From NCBI GenBank assembly GCA_013115145.1, contig JAAPAO010000039.1, positions 1 to 64,000 of the forward strand: DNA of 64,000 nucleotides, in the 5' to 3' direction. The first letter of the stretch is position 1. Each line of letters begins with the position of its first letter. The notes beneath the pieces were generated by a model that made no database searches, was not told where the DNA came from, and worked only from the letters and a program-made list of their open reading frames with translations. This document shows, piece after piece, positions 22,555 to 33,400 of this stretch. The position numbers and the translations under genes were made by a program. Origin of the DNA: Perkinsus chesapeaki ATCC PRA-425 (Eukaryota > Protista > Perkinsozoa).

Positions 22555-25500
22555 AGGCCACCCTACACAAGGCAAAGATCGACGCCATCGACAACGACCC
22601 TTCGATGCACTCGCTGTATGGACGAGGACCCCAACTGCACCGGCGGCCCTTCTACCTGCCCTTCTCCTTCCCCTCATAAGAAAGAAGGCAGATGTCCTTA
22701 CTGCAATCGTCCGTCAGCTAAATGCGGTGACGCATGCCCCAAGCGTGACACTGTCCAGTGTGAACGATGCGAGGGTATCCAACGTCACCACACTTCTCAT
22801 TGCCCTTACCCTATCGCAAGGTCTTCTGATCCTACTGTCGACACCATGTCCTTGTCTCTTTCTATCGAGTCTCTAACGTTCACTCCGCCTACATCATCCG
22901 GTCCGACTGGGTCACCTACACCCTTAGCTATCGAGGCTCCTGTCCTTAATCTCGACAATACACTTCAGTCCCTTCGTGATATGCCATCATCCCTACGTAA
23001 CGTCGAGTTCAACTTTCTCGCTAACGATGGTCGTTCCCCAGGATTCACTGGCTTGTTAGACTCTGGTTCTCAACTACTCGCCTGCTCCGACTCTGGCCTT
23101 CTACGCCTACATCAAGCTAATGTTGCTCTGGAGCCTACTGGTGTTACTTGCGTGGCAACTCTGGCTGTGTCCCGTCGCGTGAACTCATGTCCCATCTACA
23201 AGATCATCTACTGTCATAAAGGCTTTCAAGTCCAGACCTTTATGGCCCACGTCCACGGCCTTGCCCGAGACTTCATCTTCAGCTGCGACGTACTCCGGCG
23301 TGTGAACAACCCCGTCCTATGGGTCTTCAACTCCACTGGCGACCGAATCATCTCCCTGGCGGACTCCAATCCTCAAGTGGCTACTGCTTGGAAGGCCTTC
23401 CTTGACGCCGTTGAACTCTCCCGGTCAGCAGCCCCTACGCCTCCCAAGGTCAACACCGGTATCAACTCCCTCGAGTTCGACAGCCAAGACAACCCCGCCG
23501 ATAACACCACCGACTTCGAGGCCTGCTTCAACAAGGAGTATGTCTTACCACTGCCCTTTGAGGACGACATCGAGGACAAGCCTGAACCTATCGAACTGGT
23601 CTCTTCCCCTTTCATGGAGCTCCTCTTCTCGGATCCCTGTCCCTTGGTATCCCTAAGCGCGCTGGCTCCCACGGACCTCTCCTCCGCCAGCAATAATGCG
23701 GCTGCCGTCGACATCGACTCGAAGGCCACCGATGAAGCTTCCGAGAACACCAGCTCACCACCGCCGGCTTCCTCTACCGACTCCTATACCAGTAATAAGA
23801 CTGCCGCCGTCGACATTGACTCGAAGGCCACCAATCATGCTCCCGATGAGAGCGGTTCGCCACCGCCGGCCTCCTTCACCCGGTTCACTCACCATCTACG
23901 CTGGCGGACTACTTCCCGGCCCACCAACTCTCACGTGCCCTTCCTCAAGCGCTCTAATGCCCTTGCGCATCAGCTTCGTCGCAAAGGTCTCTTCGACGCC
24001 TACAACGACGAAATCCAAGGGTTTGTCCAGAAGGGTTATGTCAAGCCAGTAGCCAAAGAAGAGGTACGGTATTGGCTTCATCACTTTCCAGTCGTCAAGA
24101 AGGGCCCCCAAGATATCTCTCAAGCACGCAGCTCTATGCGTCTCAGGCCGGTATTTGATGGCTCTACCCTCTCCGGGTTCATTGACCCTAGTCTACCTGA
24201 AGGCCTTCACCAAGGCGTACCACAAAGCCTGGCTCTTCTCCGGAGGTACCGCTACTTCGCGGGCCTGGACCTAGTCCAGGCATTCCTCCAGATCCAGCTT
24301 GAGTCACTTGAAGATCAGCGGTCCCTCGGATTTTGGTGGGGTAACCAGGCCTATATCTTCCTACGAGTCTGCTTCGGCATGCCCGACTCTCCCTTTGCCA
24401 TGTCGAACTCTCTCACTAAGGCCATGTCCGAGGCGAACGCTCCCATCAAGCACTTCCGTTGTCTCATGGATGACATATCCCTCGGCTCCGACGACCCTGA
24501 GCACCTCACTGGTATGCGGCACGACATCATCAAGCAGTTAACCTACAGACAGTTCCAGACCAACGACAAGAAGGAGGTCAGCAATCTACCCGGCAAGGTT
24601 CCAGCCGATACGCAGCCTTGTTTAGGCGCTCTCTGGTACCCACAGAAGGACTCCCTCTCCCTGAAGTCCGAACTACGACACAAGGCTTCACATGTGGCTA
24701 CAGTCAAGCATCTGAAGCGCTACGCCAACGGCTTCTACGACCCGCTTGGTTGGCATCTCGAGTTGTCTATGCAGCTCCGACTTCTCTGCCGCCAAGCACG
24801 CGCTAACGCCGACCCTAGCACAGGTGAGCTCCAGCTCGGTGACATCAACGCCCTTCTTGACTGGGAGTCCCGCCTGAAGGCCTTCGACCTCTCAGTACCA
24901 CGACTCCTACGGCGCCCCGGTGAGTCTCACTGCTCGTCTGTCTGCCTTTTCACAGATAGCAGTGACACTGCAGGTGCCGCTCTACTCTACACTCTACACG
25001 GTCAGCGCATCGCAGGCTTTGGTTATCTTCATCAGCTCCAAGGACGCCGGACAGCCCCAAAGTTTGAGCTGGACACCCTGGCCTCAGCCTTGGAATGGGC
25101 TGTGCCTATGATCATCGAGTCCAACGACCATTCGCCTGTGCACCACCTTTTGGTTCTCACCGACAGCAGTATCTCAGTCTCCCGTCTCCGGCAAGCTACG
25201 CCCCCTACTGCTCACAGTGTAGAGGATCTGGTCACAGTACGCAGAATCCTCAAGGTCAAGAACGCTATCTATAAGCTCCAGTCCCTCTGTCCTGGTCTTC
25301 GCGTAGTTGTTTCCCATCTCAGCGGCAAGTCCAACTTAGCAGATGCCCCTTCAAGGTGTCTCCCTGTGTCCACCGCCATTGACCACGAGTCCTTATTCGG
25401 CCATATCAGGAACTTCCACGACGACCTTCTGCGCTGTAACGACTCCGACCTCCAGGGCAACCCTATGCTGTTCCGTCTTGACCCTCACTACACCACTGCT

Positions 25501-27576
25501 ACCCTTCCTACTAAGTGGTCCAAGAAGGCCTCCGAATCTAAGGTCACTCTAGCTGCTTTATCTGTCTGCCCATCTACTACCCCGGTTGCGGAGGACTTCG
25601 ACGACGAACTCCACCATAAGGCCTTTGCTACCGAAGAGGAACCACTCCATATTCTTGAACGCCTCTACAGGTACAAGCTTCTCATCAAGGCTTGGTCCGG
25701 ATTCCGTTCCGAGCTCCTCCCCAACAAGCCCACTTCTTCAAGCAGTCAGGGGTGTGATCCTCTGCAGCTTCTGATACGACATGAGCAGCATCGTCATCTC
25801 GACGGCCACCGTAAGCTTCCCTTCCATCACCGGACTGAAGAAGGCCTCCTATACCGTTCTACTCGGCAGTCTGCGGACGGTACCATCTACAACCAGCTAG
25901 TCATTCCCAAGCAGTCTGGTTTACTTCAACGACTACTGGTCCTACGATGTCATGCCTGGCATCACGAAGGTATCAACGCGACGTTACGGCGGCTCATCAC
26001 GATGTATGCTTGGCCTCGTATGAAGCGCACAGTGGTCCCCGTCTGCCGTTGTTGTCGCCCCTGTCTTTCAGCCAAACCTCAACATTCCCTACATGCCCCT
26101 GCTGGTACATTTGTTGCCCCTACTGCCGTATGGCAATATGTTGGTCTCGACCACACTGGCCCTTACGACGTCCCGGTTCGAGAAGGTTCCCCTCGACTCC
26201 CGTACTGTCTCGTTGCGACCTGTCTTCTCTCCGGCTACCAGGTGGCCATCGCTGTCCCCAACACCTCTCTACAGCAAACTATCTTGGCCTTCAAGAAGAT
26301 TATTGCTATCGCAGGCATTCCCAAAGGCACCAGGTGTGACAACTCCCTCTCCTTTCGTGGTCCCGAGTTCAGGTGCTTCTGCCTATCCCACTCCATCGAG
26401 GTTCAGTACATTCCCAGTCGGTCTCCACAACGCGGAGGAGCCTACGAGCGCCACCATGCCGAGCTCAACTCCCAGCTGCGTCTACTCCAGGCACGCGATC
26501 AGCCTTGGGATCTAACTGTCCTCGAGGCCACCGCACGATCTAATGCCCGGTTCCGTTGGGACAACTCCGGTCCGGTCAACTCTCCCTGGGACCTAGCTCA
26601 CACCTATCCTTATTTGCAGTGCTCTTCTCTATCTGCCCCGATCAGCCCAACGCTTCCTCCCGCCACTGACGAGCCGTCGGCGCGTGTCAGTGAATGGATT
26701 CTATCTACTTGGGAGAACGACCGTGAAGGGCGCCGACTACGAGCTGGTGACCGCTCCGCCGCACTCTCTACTGGCGACGTCGTCTACCTCAAGCTCCCTC
26801 GACGCGTCACTAAGCTGAGCTCATCTACTACTGGTCCCTTTCGTGTCCTACAAGTCTATGGTAACTCCGTGAGATTAACTCCCACTACAGGTCCCGCTCG
26901 CTATCGTTCTGTGTTATTCCAACCAGTTGACAACGTGGTGCGTACTATCTCCTTATCTACCTCAGGGTCAGACACTCCATCTGGGCCCCCAGATACTCAT
27001 CATTCCCCTGAAGGCCAGAACTCTACCTCCAAGGTCACTGATGAGCCAAACCAGGACGACCTTGACGATCCCCAAGCGGATGAAGATGACCCGAAGGCCT
27101 TCTCTCCAGCAAGAGACGACGCTGATCACCTCAACGAAACAGCTACATCTTCTCCGAAGGCCTCCTCTCCAACGCCTCCTTGTGCGAAGACCTCCTCTGC
27201 AGCATCAGCTCCTACCACCACTGGAAACTCGGCATGCCCTCCTGCTCGTCCTAGAGGCAAGCGAGCTTCGATCCTACGCCGCACAGGTGACTCATCCCCC
27301 GAGCCTATGGACTTCGCCTATTTTGCTTCTACGGTACGTGGTGGTATTCAATGCGGAAGGGTTCTCAGTGTCGATCAAGGCCTTTATCGTCTCCGACTTG
27401 CTGATCGTTCCTCGGATGGCCTTACTCTCCACCTCAAGTCCGACACCGTCTCTACTCCGACGGCCTTCCTGCTGCGCGTCCAAGGAGATTCTGACGACTA
27501 CCCCGACAACAAAATAGACTATCGACTGACATGTGCTTCTGCTCGGTTTCTCGACAACCTCACGCGTGCCAAATGA
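22555..27576 (+). CDS. pol: Retrotransposon NC-PR-RT-RNaseH-IN polyprotein (frame open from 22555, first ATG 22618)
   Basis: Three Cys clusters; protease LLDSGS; RT WLHHFPVVK...RPVFDG, LDLVQAFLQ, RVCFGMPDSPF, LMDD; FYDPLGW; RNase H LFTDSS, PKFEL, NLADAPSR; integrase H-H-CC finger, GLDHTGP, RCDN, GGAYER. These match Bel/Pao-type motifs and domain order. Confidence 0.95.
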   Translation, partial: RPPYTRQRSTPSTTTLRCTRCMDEDPNCTGGPSTCPSPSPHKKEGRCPYCNRPSAKCGDACPKRDTVQCERCEGIQRHHTSHCPYPIARSSDPTVDTMSLSLSIESLTFTPPTSSGPTGSPTPLAIEAPVLNLDNTLQSLRDMPSSLRNVEFNFLANDGRSPGFTGLLDSGSQLLACSDSGLLRLHQANVALEPTGVTCVATLAVSRRVNSCPIYKIIYCHKGFQVQTFMAHVHGLARDFIFSCDVLRRVNNPVLWVFNSTGDRIISLADSNPQVATAWKAFLDAVELSRSAAPTPPKVNTGINSLEFDSQDNPADNTTDFEACFNKEYVLPLPFEDDIEDKPEPIELVSSPFMELLFSDPCPLVSLSALAPTDLSSASNNAAAVDIDSKATDEASENTSSPPPASSTDSYTSNKTAAVDIDSKATNHAPDESGSPPPASFTRFTHHLRWRTTSRPTNSHVPFLKRSNALAHQLRRKGLFDAYNDEIQGFVQKGYVKPVAKEEVRYWLHHFPVVKKGPQDISQARSSMRLRPVFDGSTLSGFIDPSLPEGLHQGVPQSLALLRRYRYFAGLDLVQAFLQIQLESLEDQRSLGFWWGNQAYIFLRVCFGMPDSPFAMSNSLTKAMSEANAPIKHFRCLMDDISLGSDDPEHLTGMRHDIIKQLTYRQFQTNDKKEVSNLPGKVPADTQPCLGALWYPQKDSLSLKSELRHKASHVATVKHLKRYANGFYDPLGWHLELSMQLRLLCRQARANADPSTGELQLGDINALLDWESRLKAFDLSVPRLLRRPGESHCSSVCLFTDSSDTAGAALLYTLHGQRIAGFGYLHQLQGRRTAPKFELDTLASALEWAVPMIIESNDHSPVHHLLVLTDSSISVSRLRQATPPTAHSVEDLVTVRRILKVKNAIYKLQSLCPGLRVVVSHLSGKSNLADAPSRCLPVSTAIDHESLFGHIRNFHDDLLRCNDSDLQGNPMLFRLDPHYTTATLPTKWSKKASESKVTLAALSVCPSTTPVAEDFDDELHHKAFATEEEPLHILERLYRYKLLIKAWSGFRSELLPNKPTSSSSQGCDPLQLLIRHEQHRHLDGHRKLPFHHRTEEGLLYRSTRQSADGTIYNQLVIPKQSGLLQRLLVLRCHAWHHEGINATLRRLITMYAWPRMKRTVVPVCRCCRPCLSAKPQHSLHAPAGTFVAPTAVWQYVGLDHTGPYDVPVREGSPRLPYCLVATCLLSGYQVAIAVPNTSLQQTILAFKKIIAIAGIPKGTRCDNSLSFRGPEFRCFCLSHSIEVQYIPSRSPQRGGAYERHHAELNSQLRLLQARDQPWDLTVLEATARSNARFRWDNSGPVNSPWDLAHTYPYLQCSSLSAPISPTLPPATDEPSARVSEWILSTWENDREGRRLRAGDRSAALSTGDVVYLKLPRRVTKLSSSTTGPFRVLQVYGNSVRLTPTTGPARYRSVLFQPVDNVVRTISLSTSGSDTPSGPPDTHHSPEGQNSTSKVTDEPNQDDLDDPQADEDDPKAFSPARDDADHLNETATSSPKASSPTPPCAKTSSAASAPTTTGNSACPPARPRGKRASILRRTGDSSPEPMDFAYFASTVRGGIQCGRVLSVDQGLYRLRLADRSSDGLTLHLKSDTVSTPTAFLLRVQGDSDDYPDNKIDYRLTCASARFLDNLTRAK

Positions 27577-27642
27577 TTGTTACTGACTACTATGATGATT
27601 ACTTGTCTCATTTCTCTCTCCGCTCACTCCGGGCCCCAGAAC

Positions 27643-27911
27643 TGTCCTGTGCTGACAGTACCATTGCGGAAGGCCTAGTGAGCAAGATTCCCCTTTTGCT
27701 TAAGCGAAACCGTGGCAATCTGCTTCGCTGTGGAAACACAATTAGATCTCCCCTCAGATCCCTCGCTAGTTGGTCTTAGTTCCACGCACTGGACCTTCTC
27801 TGCCTCTCTCTATCTGTAGACACTCTAGATCCGCTCCTGTAAGGTCTTGAGTTAAGTTGTGCGGTTTCTCCTCTTCCAGAGTCATTCCCTAGAACCACAA
27901 GAACCTGCACA
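27643..27911 (+). repeat. 3' LTR (269 bp)
   Basis: Near-identical to the 5' LTR. Confidence 0.96.
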
Positions 27912-28458
27912 AACACGCGGAGGTCGCAAGATGATGGTGATCTATACATCGTTACTGAGGAACCCATTCAACAGCTCATCGATCATATAAAAGGAAAGGG
28001 TGGGCAATTTAATTGTATGAATGGGAGATAATGATTCAACGAGAAAATGCAGTGTAAAATGGGGTGCACTTTTTCAGAGCGTAAAGCATATCCCCTCCTC
28101 CGCACGACGACCCACAATCTTGAGAAGCAAACGCAGAAAATTACCGCGCGCCCTGAGTATCTTGCATTCTTGAAGAATCTTACCTGAAACTCAAGATTCG
28201 TTAAATCGGGGGATCTTTGCCTGTCAAAGATTCCTTCATCATCTCTGCTCGGTGGATATAACAGTTGATAATAAGTAGCCTTCTTGTGCGTATCCAGCCT
28301 TAGCAGGGCCACTTTGCGACTTCTAAGATTCTAGAATCTGGTAAGATGTAGTCACCTCGTTTCCAGTCTCCTAGCTCCGTAAGTGATTCAGCTAGCTCAA
28401 CGATCTCGGTGGTTTCGCAGTAACTGTTTACAAGTTTATCCACTCCCTTCCGAGGTAA

Positions 28459-29994
28459 ATGGCTTTACACTGCCCTTCCTTCAAGGTGGACTCCCCCAAT
28501 GTCGTCTACACCGATACCCACATTGAAGCCTCTTACGACTACCACACCACCGAGCTGTCTCAGGCCGCCGATGGTGACTGGGTTGTCAAGCCCAAGACCG
28601 TCCAGTATCACTTCAAGACCGACAAGCGCGTCCCCAAGCTCGGTGTTATGTTGATCGGTTGGGGCGGCAACAACGGTACCACCGTTACCGCCGGCATCCT
28701 CGCCAACAAGCACGGCGTCTCCTGGGAGACCAAGGAAGGCTTGCAACATCCCAACTACTATGGTTCGGTCACTCAGGCGTCCGTGGTACGCCTTGGTAAT
28801 GTAGACGGCAAAGAGGTTTACGCTCCGATGAACAAGGTGGTCCCTATGGTCGACCCTAATGACGTCGTTCTCGGTGGTTGGGACATTAGTGGTCTGGATA
28901 TGTACTCGGCAATGAAGCGAGCGAAGGTGCTTCCCAGCGACCTCCAGTCTAAGCTCAAAAGCATGATGCAGCAAATGACCCCGTTACCGGGCATCTACGA
29001 CCCTGGCTTCATTGCTGCCAACCAGGAGGACCGCGCCGACAACGTCCTTCCTCGGAGCATGTCGAAGCGTGAGCAAATCGACCGTATCCGAGACGACATA
29101 CGCAAGTTCAAGGAGGCCAATGGTTGCGACCAAATCGTCGTTTTATGGACTGCTAATACGGAGAGATATGCCGAGATCGTCGCTGGCGTCAACACTACCA
29201 AGACCGAGCTTATGGCATCGATCATGCGTAATGAGCCCGAGATCGCCCCGAGTACTCTATACTGTATCGCCTGCATTGAAGAAGGCGTTCCCTTTGTTAA
29301 TGGTTCCCCGCAGAACACCTACGTCCCCGGTCTGAAGGAGCTCGCCGAGAGCGTTCCGGGCTCGGTGATCGCTGGTGACGATTTCAAGTCTGGACAGACC
29401 AAAATGAAGTCTGTGCTTGTTGACTTTCTAATCGGTGCCGGCCTAAAGCCCACCTCTATCGTCAGCTACAACCATCTTGGCAACAATGACGGCAAGAACC
29501 TCTCAGCTCCCCAGTGTTTCCGCTCCAAGGAGATCTCCAAGTCCGACGTGGTCAACGATATGGTACACAGCAACGCCCTGCTTTATAAGAAAGGAGAGCA
29601 TCCTGACCACTGTGTCGTTATCAAGTACGTTCCTGCTGTTGGAGACTCCAAGCGCGCTATGGACGAGTACACTTCAAGCATTTTTATGAATGGTTTGAAT
29701 ACCATTGTTATGCACAACACTTGCGAGGACTCCCTTTTGGCCGCGCCCCTGATTATTGACTTAGTTCTGCTGGCGGAGCTTGTTACTCGTATCAAGCTGG
29801 CCAAGGACGGCGAGGATCTTCGCGGGATGCATCCGTTCGCCGTCATTTTAAGTTACCTCACCAAGGCCCCTCTTGTTCCCGACGGAACACCGTGCATTAA
29901 TTCGCTCGCTAAGCAGCGCGCCATGCTGGAGAACGTCCTGAAGGCGTGCGTTGGGCTGCCACCAGACAACAATATGCTGCTAGAGTTTAAGTAG
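28459..29994 (+). CDS. INO1: Myo-inositol-1-phosphate synthase (intronless)
   Basis: 511 aa with [55 protein letters not shown] motifs. Confidence 0.98.
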   Translation: MALHCPSFKVDSPNVVYTDTHIEASYDYHTTELSQAADGDWVVKPKTVQYHFKTDKRVPKLGVMLIGWGGNNGTTVTAGILANKHGVSWETKEGLQHPNYYGSVTQASVVRLGNVDGKEVYAPMNKVVPMVDPNDVVLGGWDISGLDMYSAMKRAKVLPSDLQSKLKSMMQQMTPLPGIYDPGFIAANQEDRADNVLPRSMSKREQIDRIRDDIRKFKEANGCDQIVVLWTANTERYAEIVAGVNTTKTELMASIMRNEPEIAPSTLYCIACIEEGVPFVNGSPQNTYVPGLKELAESVPGSVIAGDDFKSGQTKMKSVLVDFLIGAGLKPTSIVSYNHLGNNDGKNLSAPQCFRSKEISKSDVVNDMVHSNALLYKKGEHPDHCVVIKYVPAVGDSKRAMDEYTSSIFMNGLNTIVMHNTCEDSLLAAPLIIDLVLLAELVTRIKLAKDGEDLRGMHPFAVILSYLTKAPLVPDGTPCINSLAKQRAMLENVLKACVGLPPDNNMLLEFK

Positions 29995-30447
29995 ACAGTA
30001 TAGCGTTCGATAATGATGCCTAGAGTTGTTTGCTCATCCTCAACGGTAATTATCATTTCATTGTATCACTCACCTATTTGTTGTATTCAGTTGGACAATT
30101 CCGCGTTAATAGTCGTTAGTTGGCTCACGTGTTCGTGTTTATTTCCGAATAGTCTACAATAGATAGTTGCAAAAAGTATTTAAAGCAGCGATTTCCTTCC
30201 CTGTGATTTCCGAACGCACATTTCATTATGGAGATTTGTTGGGCGTCTCGAGACTTTTCGGAGATTTTCCTTTCCTCATGGTGCGAGGTCTAATCTCACT
30301 GGGCTTCAAATTCGGCCTTTTCACTGCATTGTATCGTTCAGTCGTTCTTCGGGATTTTCGCTGTGTTTCCTATACTGCTCCTGTTCATCCACTTGCTAGC
30401 CTTGCCTTATCCCTAACTTGTTAACACAACACGTTATAAATGTAATA

Positions 30448-33400
30448 TCACATGAATCGATACCAAATAGTAAAACAAGTACAAGTTCCCAAAACTAAAC
30501 CTGAAAACGCACAACTGGGAAAAATGCGATAGCTAGAACTAATAGATTCATGTAATAGATAATAATACGAATAGATTGAAAGAATTCTTGATAGACATAA
30601 GAAAATAAGAAATCTATCACCATCATTGATAGTGTAATTCACGCTCGTTAAATACAGGAAGACTTGAATGAATCTCAACTTAGGTAAGCCAGAAATACAG
30701 CGTTCATAAAAACTAGGTTTACTACACATACGCAGTATTTTCACGAGATTATATGATAAAATGTTATCCGACAAATCAAATTGAAGTGAATGATATGCTT
30801 ACCTAATATGATTTGCTCTTTTAGCTTTCTTGCTCGTATTTTGCGAATAAGATTATCGACGCCAGGCAAAGTCGAACCTAGACAAATGACAACTGACTTA
30901 GACGTTCGCAACACCACGCTCTTGCCTATCTGTCCGAGTTTCCCTTTCATGTTGCGGAAAACGCTATTTTGCTGCTCCAGTTTTTCTCGCGTTTCGGATG
31001 CCGTTGACAGCATCTCGTCCATCGCGCGGATAGAGGCTTCAATGCCTCCGCGTTCCCGAAGAAGATTCGCTAAACAGATAAGTTTCTGACACCTCTAGCT
31101 AGCTTTCTTACACTCGTCATCGTCATGAAGCTCCGTGCTTCGGGCGCGTCCCTCCTCGGTCGCGGACAAGAGTGTTGTACGCTTCAGCTCATGAGAGAGG
31201 GACCGCGAAATCGTGCGGTAGTGTTCACGCAAGTCCTGAAGAGAGGTAGATTCATTTCAGCCACTGAATTCAATTCAGCGGCGCTAAGTTAATGCATCAG
31301 GGCTAACGGCCACAAATCGAAAGATTTTCGCCGGAAAAACATACAAATTGTAAGGTAGATTCTAGCAGGTAAAATCCGTACTCTCGAAAAACTTCAACAC
31401 AAAGGAGAGGAAACGGCGTACATGGCATATGCGGGACTCTCAACGTTGTATCGATACTAAAAGGATCGAAATACTCCCAGCTCAGGCACAAATCACACCC
31501 AGTGACCTGGTAAATCGCCAGTTTGCCTGGCAGGTTGCCGGTGGCAACACACACCAGTGAGGCCGGAGCATGATCACCTGCACTCTCGAAACGAATGAAT
31601 AACATTCCTTAGGGAACCGGAATCGTTCTCGTTCGTGAACTAGCAGTTAGTGTACTTTGTACTATGAATAGTATCAAACAGCCGCTGGCTCGGAGCCAGT
31701 GGCTCCTGTAACTATTCCGTTTGATGTGCCGCTTTCGCCGCTTGCAACTTCTCCACTATCGGTTTGTATCTTGTTTGACAGTAGGATATGTGCCAGCTCC
31801 GCTTCTCGTGAGCTATGGCCTTCCTCCTTACGTTATTAGTTGCCGAGACGGCCACATTCGTGAAGAATTCTCCTTTATTGCCAAACGTATGTATGTAAGC
31901 GGGCATGTCAGGGCAGCCTTTGCACAGGTATTCGACAGACTCTCCTGGCTCGCTGACATCCTCTAACCAGGGATGGTCCGAAGTTCGGACTCCGAACGGA
32001 GTGTTGAACATCGCTTTCGCGTCGCGCAGCGGTTGCGCTGGGTGACGTCACTCTCCGAATCGCTGGGCCCTCCCTCTTTAAGACCTTCCGGGAATGGTAG
32101 CATCGTCGTTTAACTTCTACTTGAGCCTGGAGTTCTGGAAACCTGAGGTCTCAGACCTCCATGTCACCCTTTCTCATCATCCTTGCAAAGGCATCGACTA
32201 CTGGCGTTTAAAATGCCAGTAGTCCCAAAACTTGTGATATAACAACCGTTTAGTTACTCATTCAGTGACTGTCACTGAACAAGGAGATAAATGGATCACG
32301 CTCGGCACCTGGGACGTTGGCCCAGGTCGAGCTCGTCCAGTTCATTCACAGTGCACATATCTAGGAGCCGCCGGTTCCCAGCCATGACCTTTTATGACGT
32401 GGAAGGTTCTACAGAGGTTCCGCAGTACCACTTGATCAACAAGTCGGAAACTAGTGAGGTTACCACCCAGAGTTTGACAGTACACGCCATCACTAGGAGG
32501 TCTCCGTCGTAGCAGTGCCTATTTGGTTGGCGCTCGCCACCAAGACCAAACGTACTCTAGTAAATTACTCACGGCTACGAAGTGCACCACAGGCATACAG
32601 GGAATGATATGTGTTCAAGAACCGCGATCATCCGGCTTGGTGAAACCTAGCCAAGGATCCTGGAGTCCAAGATGTCATCAAATTGATAGGTTCCCTAGGT
32701 CTCGTAACTTCTGGATAACATCCAAATACTCCTGGCGGACCTCAGGTGGGAGCTTCATGGCACGGAGTTCGCCTTATCGCGGAGTCGCTTCCACAATTGT
32801 GAGGCTATGGCAGATTCAATAAGGCTCTCACTACAACTGGAGAAGTTTTACCGTATCATACCGTATGATACGGTATGCGCCGCATTCTATGCGACATGCC
32901 ATGTAGTTCAAGGTTATGGCATGCGCATTCCTCAAAGCTTCGATATTCTTCAATGGAGAGCCCTCACATGCGCCTGGGTACTCTCTAAACGCTTAGACTA
33001 CTACTTTCGGTCACGTCGGCTGCCCGTTGAGCATGAGCATGAGCAATGATCTGTGTAACTGCTGATCCAGGCAAGAGTCTTGCAGGAAGAGCCAAGTCAT
33101 CATGACAAGACAGAGTCCACCGAAAGCAAAAAGCAGGCTCCCACTGCTTCAGTCCCGCACAAACTTGTTTGACCATTTCCCTTACCGTTAGGATGCCTCT
33201 GTGCCGCTGCAACTGAGCTCGACGCGATTTATCCTCAGCCATCTTGGCCATCTCGTTCACGATATCTTCGAGGGTGGTCAAGTGCCGTTCGGTGGAGCTC
33301 CTCAGGGTCGTCACTATCTGACCACAAAGAGCAACATCGGAGGATGATTCATCCTGGGCGACGAAAGATAAGAAACAGTAGTTATGGGTCAAATTGAGCA

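Larger units (their letters stand above)
20747..27911 (+). mobile_element. Full-length LTR retrotransposon, Bel/Pao-like pol, recently inserted
   Basis: TG...CA LTRs at 20747-21014 and 27643-27911 differ by one substitution and one 1-nt indel. A 4-bp target-site duplication AACA flanks the element (20743-20746, 27912-27915). It contains gag and PR-RT-RH-IN. Confidence 0.96.

Noticed and set aside
20362-28030. Open plus-strand frame that rejoins across the empty insertion site (KLINEFVPTHDLPDN/TRRSQDDGDLYIV...)
   Set aside because: No recognisable family, splice phases could not be reconciled, and it overlaps the minus-strand secreted gene; not enough to claim a disrupted gene.
27983-28312. 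Minus-strand ORF with YYQLL, superficially J-domain-like
   Set aside because: No HPD motif, GTG start, downstream exons not traceable.
28465-29846. Several minus-strand ORFs over INO1, and similar ones over gag/pol
   Set aside because: Antisense shadows of strongly codon-biased coding sequence.
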